Source: Octopus vulgaris
Taxonomy: Eukaryota
DNA length: 64,000 bases
Direction of reading: 5' to 3'
NCBI GenBank assembly: GCA_951406725.2
Contig: OX597830.1
Span: 49,104,001-49,168,000 of the forward strand
The position numbers and the translations under genes are program-made. Below, in pieces: positions 13,761 to 28,334 of the stretch. The notes under the pieces are model-generated. The model saw nothing but the letters and a program-made list of their open reading frames with translations. It ran no database searches and was not told the DNA's origin. Each line of letters starts with the position of its first letter. The first letter of the stretch is position 1.

Positions 13761-16579
13761 TTGGAAATCCTATTTTCAATGTAATTTAATTTTATTTTCT
13801 ATATTAACATTGAAAATAATAAATTTGTCTTCCTACATGTCATGTAGATCATGTGAGGAGACAAATATTCATCAAATTTGAACAAACACATTGTGCATAC
13901 ATCAAAATAAGGATTTGTCTTCAATTAGTTTGCCACAGCCTGAGTTTCGATATCAAATCAATTTATATGACAGACAGATAAATATCTTTTATAAACTGCT
14001 TGAAACTCCCACACTTCCAATTACACATTTGAATATTAATTCTAAAACCCAGATCAATGAAATCCAAGTTATATCAATTTCAAAGCAGAGAGCTTTGACA
14101 TATCAGAAAAATTGACTCTGTGTATATTGAACATAATATTTAAAAGAAATATACTATGTATCAGAAGTATGGTGCTCGTGCATTGATATCAACTGTTGTT
14201 GTGTAACATCAAGCGAACCCTGACAGTGTACTTCCATTGCACGTTTGTTAGTCATCTGAACGACGAAAGGAAACCCACGTATTTTCATCTTCCGTAATAC
14301 TACATCTCCGAGGCGGGCAAAGGAAACTTGACTAGAGTTCACCATTTATTGTTCCTCACCATTGGTGTGCATGTCAACGTAATGTTTAGGATTAATGGGG
14401 TCTATTGATAATGTAACTATTTCTTTATTGAACAACAATAGGAAGATTACCTATGAAACGGAAAAAAATGGGTTTCTTCATTTCCCAAAACGTAATTGAA
14501 GGTAGCATAATCATGGTTGATATATGAGGCGATATCTCCCCTATCGATTAAGCGAAATGTTACGGATACGTGTATCTAGTTTTTAAATTTGAGGAAAGAA
14601 TGAAGAGGTCAGTTGAGTTGGAGAATCAGGCAATTATCCTACATTAGTTCCGCAAAATATGGGTCGACATAATACGAGATTTCCTTATATTGCCAAAAAA
14701 GTTGCCAATAAAGTTGTCACCTTTGAGTCATAATGCGGACAAATGGCCAGTGGGTGTCATTACAGATCTTAATGGCTCCTGAGATACACAAAAATAAATA
14801 TGTAGAACGACGCTCTGTTGAGGGTGCAGAGAGGAAGGTCAGGTGACTGGGCAGAAGGCTTAGCTGTGTGAGTGGAAGTAAGGGATTTATTGGTTATGAG
14901 TCTAAAAGACCTCGAGAAGGAGATATGGTTACATAGACTGATAGATAAATATATAGATAGATAGATACATAGATAGAGGGAGGGAGAAAATGCCGTTAGT
15001 GGAAACAACAACAAATATCTGAACCTTCTGTTACAACAATGTCTCCTGCCTCATCAACAGTTGCAGCTCCAAGAATGGCCAGAAGACCGGACTCGTCCTC
15101 AGTCGTCGCCAAAATCAACAACGAAGAAGCCTAGAAGCATTCTCTGTGTTGCACCATTTCATTGCTTTGTGAAAAAGCAGTAAATACGAAATAGGAACGG
15201 GGTGGCAAATAGCCAGGAAAGGCGGAAGAGGGCGAGGAAAGAATGTAAGACTCTTAAAACATAAAATGAACTTGAATTCGACAAGAAAGGCATCCAAGAC
15301 GAAGTTCATCCCACTATCTATGATTTCACAGTTCTTCGTGTAGCCAACGAAGGGCCGATGGATCATTTAAGTGGAGGACATCAACAGATGAGGTTAGACC
15401 AAGTAGGGATTTCGAAAAGATGGACCTCTCTGATTATGTAGTACCAACAACAGAATATCATACTTTCTCTTACGCCCACCAGTTATAGAAATATCAGTAG
15501 ATGTGATAGCGCAGAAGACCCCCTCCTCATCAGGTTCAGCGATTGTAACCACAAATACCAAGTCAGCAACTACGTTACGGTAGTATGAATGTAGTTTTAC
15601 TGTATCCTTCCATCGAAATACTTTTCCACCGAAAAATCAGTAGAACTGATTCGTGAAAATGTATTGTTATTCCATGAAGTCAATGTTGTTGAGCTGGGCC
15701 TATACCTAACTCTTGTATGTAGTAAAAAGTACCCCTTTAGGCTCCCCACTAGGCTTTTACTTATATTGGCCAATAAATTATGGATAGAATACGGAACACT
15801 CAAAATTTGGACGCTGCAATCGTAATAAACATGAACCTGTTAGTAATCCGAAAAGACTTGGATGTGTCGGTAGCTGTCAAAGTGAACTTCGTAATGGCAG
15901 ATCCCATAAAAACGATGTCGGTGTCGGGATGCGAACTTAATGTACACGAGAATAATAATTTACATATACAGGAATCAGAGGGCTACTGATGTCTGCTGAA
16001 GTGGGTGTATATGTTGTTTTGTATTTTCATGTGTCCTGGCATATTAATGGTGCATTGCGTAAGTGTATGTGCGTAATGACTTTCCTCACCCCCACCTCTC
16101 TCTCTCTCTTTTTCTCTCTGTGTCCAAAGATATGCGTTTGTGTCTATGCATTTAACTTTGTGTTCGTTTATGCAAGTATGTGAGTAAAAGTTTATTTGTA
16201 GAGCGTAAGTATGAATCTGAATATCTGTGAGTTTTATGAGAGTTTATGTATGTGTATGTGTGTGTGTGTGCGTTCCTGTAACTCTGTGCGTATGTATGTG
16301 TCAATGATTCGTTGTGTCTGCATTAACCCCCCACCCACGTTCTTACATGTGCTTATATGTGCTTCATATATATCTGTGATTTTCTGTCTATGCTTCGGTG
16401 TGATTGCGTTGCACAGTCTATATCTGTATGTATTTATGTAAGACTGTATAGCTGTCTGTCTGTCTGTCACTAGATGTGTGCTTATGGGTGTAATGAGTGA
16501 ACAATTTTTGTGTACATGTACTCCTATATGTGATTCTCTGTTTGTAAACTGTTACGATGATGTATATGTCTGTAAGAAC

Positions 16580-16639
<60 letters not shown>

Positions 16640-17249
16640 GTATGTATATATGTGCTAGCGCTTACGAAACACAGATGATTGAGAGATTAAATGTCGCGAG
16701 AGAAGTTGTGCGGAATATAAATCTGTGTAATATAATTATGAGCGTTGATATTCCATGCAAGATGAGTTATCTGTGGGAAGGTGTCTCACCTATCAAAGAT
16801 AACCATTCCCTGCACAGGAACGACCAACATGTCCGAAACCAACTTTGAAGATAAATCGTCGAAGTAACAACAAACCACACTAAATTGCTTGATTTATAAT
16901 CTCAAACATTGATATCAGCGTGCAATAAACTGTGGTGTGATATTCATGTACCCGCCACACATAGATAATCATACACGCTATTGCATACACTCATTACTTA
17001 TACACGCATCCCTCTCTCTCTCCCTCTCTCTCTATATCTTTCTATCTATCTATCTGTCTATCTACCTGTCTGTCGGTCTGTATGACTGCACAGTTATATA
17101 AATTCGTTTACATACATACACACGCACACACACACACACACACGCACGCACGCACACACACACACACATATGGATCAAACTGTTTTGATCCATACATGTA
17201 ACTCTCGATGAAATTATTGAGTGCCCTTCTTTCGTTTGTCCACTCACTC

Positions 17250-17295
<46 letters not shown>

Positions 17296-17308
17296 GCCTA
17301 TATATATA

Positions 17309-17722
17309 GGCGCAGGAGTGGCTGTGTGGTAAGTAGCTTGTTTACCAACCACATGGTTCTGGGTTCAGTCCCACTGCGTGGCACCTTGGGCAAGTGTTTT
17401 CTACTATAGCCTCGGGCCGACCAAACCCTTGTGAGTGGATTTGGTAGACGGAAACTGAAAGAAGCCCGTCGTATATATGTATATATGTATATATGTATGC
17501 GTGTGTGTATTTGTGTGTCTGTGTTTGTCCTCCTAGCATTGCTTGACAACCGATGCTGGTGTGTTTATGTCCCCGTTACTTAGCAGTTCGGCAAAAGAGA
17601 TCGATAGAATAAGTACTGGGCTTACAAAAGAATAAGTCCCGGGGTCGAGTTGCTCGATTAAAGGCGGTGCTCCAGCATGGCCGTAGTCAAATGACTGAAA
17701 CAAATAAAAGAGTAAAAGAGTA
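17309..17722 (+). mobile_element. SINE family A, full length, young
   Basis: GGCGCAGGAGTGGCTGTGTGGTAAG A-box region, GGTTCAGTCCC B-box-like, internal TA/TG tract, tail (GTAAAAGA)2. Confidence 0.92.
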
Positions 17723-17900
17723 TACAGGAGCTGTAGAAAATAATGGAAACACCTAGCATCAGAGCATCATCATTTTGAAATATCTTTAAAACCGTCAAAT
17801 GCTTGTTTATTTATGTTTCTTGATTTATTATTGGCGTTGCTTAATATGCTTTGTTAAAATTGCTGTTTCTTTTCAGATATCATCAGAAAAAGGTGTAGTA
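17723..17900 (+). mobile_element. Possible Tc1-like terminal remnant
   Basis: TA|CAGGAGCTGTAGAAAATAATGGAAACACC resembles Tc1 TIRs; no partner TIR found. Confidence 0.35.
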
Positions 17901-18051
17901 CACACACGCACACTACTACACACGAGTGTCAGTGGTTTTTCTTTATTTCTATGCATTCAGAAAGTGCAAACGAATACCCCAAAATCCCATCTCTATAGCA
18001 ATGTAGGTTAGCGGATTTCCGTTGTTACATTTTACACCATATTTTTTAATA

Positions 18052-18240
18052 TTTATTTCAGTCATTAGACTGCGGCCATGCTGGGGTACTCCCATGAAGA
18101 CCTTTATTCGAACGCATCAACCCTTGTACATATATTTTTTAAAGCCTGGTACCTACTCTATCGGCCTTTTTTTGTCGAACTACTAAGTTAAGGGACATAA
18201 GCACACCGTTTGTTAAGCAGTGGTGGAAGGCAGACACGCA
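18052..18240 (-). mobile_element. SINE family A, 3' half
   Basis: ttcagtcattagactgcggccatgctggg...gaactactaagttaagggac. Confidence 0.75.
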
Positions 18241-18329
18241 CACATGCACACAAACATACACACACATGCACACACACATAAACACCTACACGCACGCACA
18301 CACACGCATGCACACACATGCACGTACAC

Positions 18330-18527
18330 ACGCACGTGAGCGACGGTTTTATTTGAGCTTCCTCTCGCAAAGTTTTGGTCGGCATTTAACCGTCTTTGTA
18401 TTAACCCCCTTCTGGAGCCACACAGTTTACCAAGAGTTGTTTCCATTCATGGAAGCATTTCTGGAACAACTTTTGTAGTGGATAGCGAGCTCCCAACTCG
18501 TCACATTCTCTCGGATTTCCTCAACAT
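18330..18527 (-). mobile_element. Decayed mariner transposase C-terminal remnant
   Basis: Minus strand reads VEEIRENVT..FQKCFHEWKQ..CVAPEGG across frameshifts, like mariner C-termini. Confidence 0.5.
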
Positions 18528-18867
18528 TCTGAGTTCAAATTCCACTGACGTCAACTCAGTCTTCCATCATTTTGGGGTCGATAAAATAAGTACTAGTAGG
18601 GCACTGAGGCTGATGTGATCGACCTTCCCCCTCCCCCACCGAGATTTGAACCAATATTAAAATATGATGTTTCCCTCACTTTGCATGATTTCGATTGGCA
18701 GCATGACTAGTGGAACCAACACACTGTGTACACCGAGGGACAACAAATGCTATTTACATACATACAAATATATGTGTGCGTGTGGCTGTGTGTATGTGGC
18801 TGTGTGTGTGTGTGTGTGTGGGTGCATACACGCATATATTTGTATGAATGAAGTTACATATATATTT

Positions 18868-19042
18868 CTTTACTACCCACAAGGGGCTAAAGACAGAGGG
18901 GACAAACAATGACAGACAAACGGATTAAGTCGATTACATCGACCCCAGTGCGTAACTGGTACTTAATTTATCGACCCCGAAAGGATGAAACGCAAAGTCG
19001 ACCTCGTCGGAATTTGAACTCAGAACGTAACGGCAGACGAAA
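18868..19042 (-). mobile_element. SINE family B (head-truncated, tail 1)
   Basis: Reverse complement matches 35893-36072; another decayed + copy at ~18527-18650. Confidence 0.85.
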
Positions 19043-19066
19043 TGTAAGCTACAACCAAAGGAACAT

Positions 19067-19161
<95 letters not shown>

Positions 19162-20429
19162 TATATAATTTATTGAGGCTGCACACCATCGCATTCCGCC
19201 AGTCAGAAGCTTGCTATGATCGAAAACATTGCAACCTATTTAGCAAAACTGCTATAAGGTCTATTTTAAATATTTTTGATATGACTTCCTCAGATTATTT
19301 ATCTAATCGTAATGATGATAATCATCGAAACCTTCAGAGTATTATAGTTTTCTTTTCTTCCTCCTCCTCTCTCTCCTACCACGGACGCCAACGCAGCTCT
19401 AAACTAACTTCATTATTTCACTAAATTTTCCCGAACAATACGAATGACTCATTCATCCTACCACATCCATCCAACATCTCCTTCATTCTCATTCTTCAAT
19501 AAAGAAATTCTGCATTTCAAAAAAATAAAGAAATTCTTCATTCTCATTCTTCTCCACCTCCTTCCAACCCACCTTCTTAAAAATTTATGAATGAGTAGTA
19601 ATCGTGACAAAAAAAAAAAAAAAAACCACCAAAAACAGAGAGAGAAAAGAAATAATCCTGTGTAAAAGACTGGTGTAAAAACGTCAACAACAATATCTAT
19701 GGAAACAACCGTTACAAACGAACAAGAAGCTGAACAACAACTACAACGAGACATACGTCAACAACAGCAGGGCAAACTTCAACGAGACAACAACTATAAT
19801 AATTAGCAATGAAAAATATGTTATACTTCAGATCCTTAGTAAACAAAAGAGAAATGATTTACTTTATTAATGGTGGCCAACTGAAATAAGAAAACTAACA
19901 ATAAAATAGGATGAAAACATCCAAAGGATAAGTAAATAGAATATATAAATGTCAAGAAATAACAAAAAGAAAAATCGTAAAGAAAATAAAGAAACAAATA
20001 ATATGACGAAGTATAATGACATTTGTTTTATGAAGTTTTAATGGCTGATACTTCAAAAGATAAAGTAGCAATTGATCGAGAAGGGTTTATTGTGCAGCAG
20101 ATCACGAAAATGGCGGTGTTCCGTCTTTATAAAGTAAATGTAAGACAGCTTACATTGTATAATGAAGTAATGATGCCGCGCGTGTTCCAGTCGTGCTTGG
20201 AGAGGCGTCGTAAGATTCAGTCTGTATATCACTTAATTGTTATCTAGATAGGCTATGTAGTTTCTTATTCTCTTTCTCCTTCTAGTCATATCAACTACAC
20301 TGCTTTATGGATACACAACTACGTACATAAAACACTCTTTCAGACGCACACATTTGATAAACTCCATGAAATCATACACTACACAAACATAGTGAGACAC
20401 AGACGAACAATTGTAGACGCATATAATTG

Positions 20430-20621
<192 letters not shown>

Positions 20622-22207
20622 GCTATGCATACATACACACATACATACTCACCAATACACACACCTGCACATCCACACGCTCATGCCAAATATATACTCG
20701 CATGTTAAACTAATATATGAGGAATAACCTATCACAATGCTTTCAATGGTTGATATTGAAATGACGTCATTTCCTGTTGACAAAAAATAATCACTGTTGA
20801 CGTAATTTTCCTTTATTCTCATATTGTTTATACTTTAGAAAGAATTCTTCGTTTACCAGAAATATCAGACGAAATATATAGAATTTGTCCAACTCTTTGT
20901 TCTTTGGTTGTCTTTATAAAGTGGAAGAGCGAAAAATCAGCCCCGAGGAAGGACATCATCGTAATTAACTTTTCTCGTGTTCAGAATAGAATCAAAGACA
21001 TCAAGCCGACAGAACTGCTATTAAATACAGTGATGCAGTGGTTTTATGGCTGCGTTCTTTTTGTGTCCTGAGTTCAAATCTAACCAGGTTAATTTCAATT
21101 TACAACGTTCCGAGACCGATAAAATACTAGTACTAGTCCCCTACTGGGCTCAATGTAATCAATGATACTAATTTCTCGTAGGTGAGGCTTTGTGTTTGTT
21201 CGAAATCAATAATTATAAAGTATTGCTCCAGCGTTAAATTGTTTTGTGGCATCTGCATAATGTTTGTTTGAAATTTGAATGTCTTGGTGACAGAAATAAG
21301 TCACGATGGGAACCTCTGATCACTGAGGAGTCTCGATATATCCCCGGTACAAGATATATTAAAATTACATAATACCTTGTTGAAGAAGTGGGAACATAAA
21401 GAATAGGGAAAGCCTAAATAGTCGCACGAACTGCTAGAAACAACTGCTAGATCTCGATTAAATCACGCCTTTCTATTTATAAAATGTTCAGGAGACAACT
21501 TGATCAGATAGGAACTAAACACTGTCAAGAAGATGTGCACAAACTAATTTTGCAAACTTGGATGGAACGCCAGTCTATTGTGTGTTATTTCTCGAGATTA
21601 CATGTCTTAATAAAATTGTTTAAGACAAAAAGACTGTGAATGAATGAGGAAGACCTCATGCAGAAATAGAGGACCTATTACCCACTAATCACCCTCTATC
21701 GCCTTTAAAACCTGAGGAGCACATTGGATTATCAATAATTGATAAAACAAAATAGATTCGTCATGACTATTTTTCTTGGAGCTAAACACCAATGCATAAG
21801 AAAGACGAAATATTTCGAGGAAGTCTGTACCTTGACCCACTGTAGATAGCAGCCAAATCTTTAGGTCTATATTCAGTATAGTTGGCAAAACGGACGGAAC
21901 GAATATGGCTGAAACTCCTTTGATCAGAGATCTGCTCCAAGGAAATCCAAATATAGAAAATATCTAGGTGGTCACACGATTTGCCAGACACAACAGTTAC
22001 AAAACTATTTGGATCCTAAAAAGGGTAGTCATAAGTAGCTATGAACAATACACATTTACAGCTTAATTACTAGCAGCAATGGAATGTACAAAGCAGTTGA
22101 TAGGGGTTTGATTGTGTATGTTCTAAATTGCAACCAACGTGCACAACGAAGTAATCATAGATCTCTCTCTTAGAATGACAAAATTCTACGCGAAGGATAC
22201 ACTTGTA

Positions 22208-22294
<87 letters not shown>

Positions 22295-22960
22295 TACATG
22301 TACAGATGATACAGACACACACACATATATACATACATATATATATCATATATGTATATATGATACAGGCACAAATACACACACACACATACCACCACCA
22401 CCACCACCACCACCTAGCAGTCTTCTCCTTTCATGTTTATACAGTTTGAAAAGCCTACTAGCGAAACTCGAGGTAACTGTTTTCATTTTCCAGCCAAAAT
22501 AATTTATTTTCTCTGCTTAGAGTTCTGAGTTGACGTTTCAAGATTTTTTTTTGGTAAATAACATAAAAAAAGTTTACTTGTTTACTGTGTAGTTTGTAGC
22601 TGAGTCTGTATATTTCATCGATTTTGTCTTCAATATATCCGTGTTTGGGTGTGTAGGTCTCTGTAAGCTGCTTATTTCAAGAATAAGTAATATATATACA
22701 AATAAATATTTGTTTCACTATAAAAATGTACATATGAATGATCAACCAGCGTAATTTCATGTGAATACAATTATCTGTTCCTATCCATCTCTATACCCGA
22801 ACATATGTATGCATAATGCATAATTACACATACACAGATGTGTCTATTTATATGTATGCATATATATATGTATGTCTATGTATGTATGTATGCATATATA
22901 AGTATACGTACGAATGAAAAAATATATATGTATGTATGCGAATATATGTATATATATATA

Positions 22961-23123
22961 GGCGTAGGAGTGGGTGTGTGTTAAGTAGCTTGCTTACCAA
23001 TCAAATGGTTCCGTTTTCAGTCCCACTGCGTGGCACCTTGGGTTAGTTTCTTCCACTATAGCCTCGGGCCGACCAAAGCCTTCTGAGTGGAATTGGTAGA
23101 GGGAAGCTGGAAGAAGCTCGTCG

Positions 23124-23125
<2 letters not shown>
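22961..23125 (+). mobile_element. SINE family A, 5' half ending in its internal (TA)n
   Basis: ggcgtaggagtgggtgtgtgttaagtagc...gaagctcgtcgtatata. Confidence 0.85.
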
Positions 23126-23155
<30 letters not shown>

Positions 23156-23259
23156 TATATAAATTAATAAATAAAATAAAACATATGCATATATACATAC
23201 ATATATGTACGTGCCTACCTCTACATGTATATATACATGCATATTTGGGTACAGGACCC

Positions 23260-23550
23260 CCCAAAAACCTCGAACACAATGAGAAACAAAAACATAAACA
23301 CAAAACCAAGGAAATTGATATTTTTCTTAAACAACGAAAAAATAGAGTACAGGACATACAATACAAGGAAAATTCCCCTTCTTCAGTCGCCTTTGTTTCA
23401 TCTACTCCGCGTTTCGAAGGTCAAGGCGAGACACGACTTTAATGAAACATTCCTTCCCGCGAAAAGCAAATTAAATAAAATTTGGGGCTACAAGCTACAG
23501 TAGCATCCACCCTTAGGGGTTAGCCACATTTAAGTGGCAAAAATATTTCA
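23260..23550 (-). mobile_element. Possible Penelope-like terminal repeat remnant
   Basis: Minus strand has TTCGAAACGCG and CTGAAGAAGGGG followed by a T-rich tail, similar in style to the PLE ends at 58.9-59.2 kb. Confidence 0.35.
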
Positions 23551-25371
23551 CTATATATATATATATATATATGCATGTCTATATGCGTGTATGTGTGTGT
23601 GTTTATAAAAATGATTATTCTTACAGTATTTCTACTCTTTCTGTTACTTTAGAATTTGTGTTGAGAGATTTAGATTAAGAAAATTTGGGGTACGTGTTGT
23701 TATAACATAATGATTTTGATAGAGAAGGTGTTTGTGACTAGCTATTGCGGCACTTTTTCTTAGATGCCTGGTCAGTAAAAATTTCATTAGTGGTGTAAAT
23801 AATTTTGGGATATTCCTGTTCCTGTGTTCTTCCTTATCATCCTGCTACATATACAAACTTTGGATTTCCTCATCAAAATCAAAAATGCTGATCGTACTTT
23901 AGTGACCATCATTAGGTTATTCTTTCTTTTACTTTTTGGTATTAAAATGACTAAAATTTAAATTTCGAATTTTGGCTGACAAATTGTTTCTCTGTTTAAC
24001 ACTGACTGATATACTTTTTAAAAAAGTCTAAAATATTGATATTCGAATACCAGTTATTTCACTCCACTTTGATGTAAATTCTGAATACTTACAATATTTT
24101 ATCTGTTTGATATTAATATCCAATAAAATAGCTTTAATTAAATTTCTATATTTTTATGTCACTTTTTTCTTAACGTAAATTTCATTCGTGTTCTTCTCAA
24201 TTTAATACACCATTAATCATGGTGTGTGGATTATGTTTGTTGTTAAGAATTTTTCCTTTTAAATAATATTGATTCATTAACCTACGTTTCTTTATATTTA
24301 ATTTCCACTCTTATAGCCGAAACTAATGATTCAATAAATTTTAATAGATGATGATTGTGAGGATAATAATGAGAAACGAAATTAAGCGCTAAATTTAGAA
24401 TTATTCAGTCACTTATCTATATACTTACCTTCACAAATTCTTTCATTTACTTTTGCCTAAATTAAGTATTTATTATTCACCGTTTGTTTAACAGCATAAC
24501 CCTTTAACTATCTTCATTAAACTTAAATCACGAAGCTACCCACAATATAATATTCCAGTATTTCTTACGGAAGGATGATGATGATGGTTCAAGTAAAATC
24601 TTTCACTAACCACTCATGCTTTTACATATGTGTTTCCATATTTTTATTAATTTATCGTATTTAACTTAGAGTTTGAAGGTTGAGTACATAAAACAGAATC
24701 TTTAAGAGCGTATATGTAATAAATGTAAATTCTTAAAGGTAATATATACTATACTGAATACCTGCTCATTTAGATATTAAACCTTCCTCAAACAACACAG
24801 TTCACCTTCAGAAGTTGGGATATTTAAAAACTATACATGCACGTTGCCATATTACACTGTGAAACAAAGTTTTAATTTTTTTTGTCTTTGGTCAGTAAGT
24901 GTTATTTTCTACTTGCTTCTATCTAGAAATCAAAGAAACTGGCTATTATTCCCTTAAAACTTTGCTTCTGTGACCTGGGCATCAATGTTTTGAAACCGAT
25001 TTTTGAAACCGATCTATTTTCCATTACATTTCAGATAGGTTCAGCAATGGGTTGCTGAAGCAGAAATATGCTTATAGTAAATATTCTGCTCAATGCCACA
25101 GATTTGTTTGTTAGTTGCTTGACCATAACCACTTGAACATATCCGTTAGTGGCTGACAATATGTGCATCTCTGATCATGAGCAAGAGTAGTAGTAGTATC
25201 ATAGGCATGTGTTGAGAGGGATTGTTTGGGGATTGAATAAATGTAAGAAAAGCAAAGCTTGAAGAAAATATTACCCTCTTTTCATACTTTCCATGTTACT
25301 AGCCAAGGACAATTCTCGTGTCACACGATGTTACAAAGGAAGAAACAATAAAATGAGATAAGTTCTTACCC

Positions 25372-25678
25372 TATATATATACATACATACATACATACAT
25401 TAACACGCACATACATATACACACATACATACATACATACATACACTCATACATACGTATACACACATACACACATACATACATGCACACATACATATAC
25501 ACATACATGCATACACACATACATACACATACATACACATATACATACGCACAAATACATACATGCATACACACATATACATACCTGCATTCACATGCAT
25601 ACATATATATATACATACACACATGCATACACACATTCACACACACATGCATACATACATACATACACACATACATAC

Positions 25679-25724
<46 letters not shown>

Positions 25725-26130
25725 TTATATATATATATATATACATATATATGTATACATACATATATATATGCATGCATACATATATATATATACATAC
25801 ATGCATATACATACATATATACACATACATATATATATATATACATCCATATATATATACATTCATACATATATATATATACATATACATACATACATAT
25901 ATATATATACATACATACATACACACACATATATATATACACACACATATATATACATACACATATATACATATATATATATATATACATACATTCATAC
26001 ATATAAATGCATACATACATATATATATGCATACATACATATATATATACATACATATAAATATATACATATATATAAATATATACATACATATACATAT
26101 ATATATACATATATATATGTATACATACTT

Positions 26131-26166
<36 letters not shown>
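25372..26166. repeat. ~800-bp degenerate (CATA)/(CA)/(TA) microsatellite
   Basis: Directly visible; source of the long His/Ile/Tyr/Thr ORFs. Confidence 0.95.
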
Positions 26167-26167
26167 C

Positions 26168-26241
26168 TGAGCGTCCAATAATACTATATTTGTTCCACGT
26201 CCTCGCGTTGTTGTGTTTTTTTTGTGCTTTCATGTTTGGAT

Positions 26242-26250
<9 letters not shown>
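26168..26250 (+). mobile_element. Penelope-like 3' terminal fragment between (TA)n runs
   Basis: ctgagcgtccaataatac...ttccacgtcc matches sequence downstream of the hammerhead motifs (59153 ctgagtgccatactaatac..ttccacctgcc; 58903 minus ctgagcgtcaaactaatacattccacg). Confidence 0.6.
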
Positions 26251-26292
<42 letters not shown>

Positions 26293-26717
26293 CATATGCA
26301 TACACATACACACACTCACACACACATATATATATATGTATATATATATATAAATCATCGCACGTTTAAATAAATGATTATTTAGTGTAAGCGTACAATG
26401 GATGAACAATAGATTTATTCTTGGAAGTTTCAAAATTATTAAAATCAACTTCCCTAATCAAGGTAATAATATTTCTGCAGAAGATTTGCCTATAAGCATT
26501 GCGTAAAGAGAGAAAAAAATCAAAACTTGACAAAGACATTATATAACATTATATCATTTATAAAACGTGTGATATGAACATAACCATAATTATCATTAGC
26601 GAAGCAGTTTTTGTTTTAGTAATTATATTTATGGTTATATTTATATCATAACTTTTATAAAATATGTAATGCTATATATACACGTTCATCTCTTGTCTGT
26701 TTTAACTTTTATATATA

Positions 26718-27054
26718 CTAGCAGTATCGCCCGGCGTTGCTCGGGTTTGTTTCGACCCTTTAGAATTGGAATTTTTGAAAAGTAAAATTTTGCATTATGT
26801 AACTTGTTATTCTCTTCAAGTGAACATTTTTCTGGTTGAAATACACCGAAAACTAGCGACACAGCAGTCAAAAATCGTAAAAAATAGGGATTTCCATAGA
26901 AAAAAAAGCACCTTTTTAATGTAAAATATTTTTGATGTTAACATGGTTCGATTTGAATTTTTTTCCTCAATTTTGGTCAACTTGCGCTGCAGGGTCTCGG
27001 AGGAGATAGTGTTAGCTGAAGGTTACCAAACCTGCCATACACAGTGAAATTCAG

Positions 27055-27065
<11 letters not shown>
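26718..27065 (-). mobile_element. Non-autonomous Helitron, family H1
   Basis: Minus 3' end: hairpin CCCGAGCAACGCCGGG, 8-nt spacer, CTAG|T; 5' end ...TATATAAAGCTG merges with (TA)n; homologous to 1-117. Confidence 0.8.
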
Positions 27066-27093
<28 letters not shown>

Positions 27094-27094
<1 letters not shown>

Positions 27095-27389
27095 TAGCAG
27101 TATCGTCCGGCGTTGCTCGGGTTTGTAAGGGAAATAACTATATAAGCATTTTTAGAGAGTTATAGCCAAAAAATAGCAAAAAAATGCATTAAAAATGGTA
27201 AAAAAATGATGGTAATTTTTTTTAAAATCGTAGACTCATCGTAGACGCGCGCTAATACCCAGAAGGGCTCGATATGAATCACGACTATAAGATACCCGGT
27301 TTTGGTTAAACTGCACCGCAAAACGTGGGAGTAGTTAGGAATCTAAATCGTAGGAGACAGACACATAACTTCTCTTTTATATATAAAGA
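27094..27389 (-). mobile_element. Non-autonomous Helitron, family H2
   Basis: Minus 5' A|TCTTTATATATAAAAG; 3' hairpin CCGAGCAACGCCGG + CTAG|T; inserted between A and T, no TSD. Confidence 0.82.
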
Positions 27390-28334
27390 TATATATATAT
27401 ATATATATATATATAAATGAGTTTCCTCCTCCAACGCCAGTAAAAGCATAAGTAGTAGTAAAACAAAAACAATTATGTAATGGAATATTATGTCCCCTTT
27501 ATTTGCAAACAATTGTATAGAAAAAAAAAAACTCGCTTTCAACCAGAAAAACGATTAGAAATACGAAAATCGCATTATTAACACTGGTTATTTCGGACAC
27601 AGAGTAATACAGTCTTTATTCACTATATTTTAATTTCATTTAATGAGGAAATAATAATGATAATTGTTTCAGAGTAAATAAACATGTCACATTTCATTAA
27701 CGTTGAAAAACAAACTTAAACATAAAAAATAATTTAAATTCAATTTACTTAATAAATACGAATCTAAATGACAATATAAAGTAACAAAACTACAGCAAAA
27801 TCTGGAGAGAGAAAGAAACATTCTGAACGGACAGATTAATAGCAATGATTTCCTTTCCAAATAATAATCTCGTACTTTACAACTTTTATAGCCATTGACG
27901 ATGCGTTAAATTCTCGCTTTTTTTTTATATTTCGTTTTTGTGGTGTGTAATTTTTGTTCTGCTGGTTTAATGTTCGGTAATAATTCAGATTCTTGATTAC
28001 CCCTTTTGCATAGATATTTAAAACCTTTATAGGATGGAACTGAACTTTGATTTTAATTTTCTGCGAATAAAAACGCTAACGAACGTTTATCGATATACTA
28101 GCTCTATGGGTATGAAGTACGACGACCATATTATCGGGGGTATATTTGGTAGGGCAAATCATTTTAGGCCGGGTGATGGGTTACTATGCAAAATTACTGA
28201 CGATGTATTTCCATGCAGCTAACGATATAATCAATTACGAGTATTATTATCATTACTGAATGAGGGATCAGTGCCTGCCGTCAATGTGACACTTGGGTAA
28301 AATATACGAAGCACAGTGTACTCATCATGATCTT

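Noticed and set aside
15000-15990. Possible LINE ORF1/5' region (also 2690-2800)
   Set aside because: Richer in GC and coding-like, but too decayed to assign a motif.
19699-19806. Gln-rich mini ORF METTVTNEQEAEQQLQRD
   Set aside because: Low-complexity CAA-rich sequence, about 35 codons, no other support.
24988-25013. 13-bp direct tandem ttttgaaaccgat x2
   Set aside because: Simple local duplication; no element between the copies to make it a TSD.
25371-26181. Long ORFs of 150-230 aa (also 6991-7627, 31026-31694, 43088-43761)
   Set aside because: Translations of stop-free microsatellite frames; no real coding signal.
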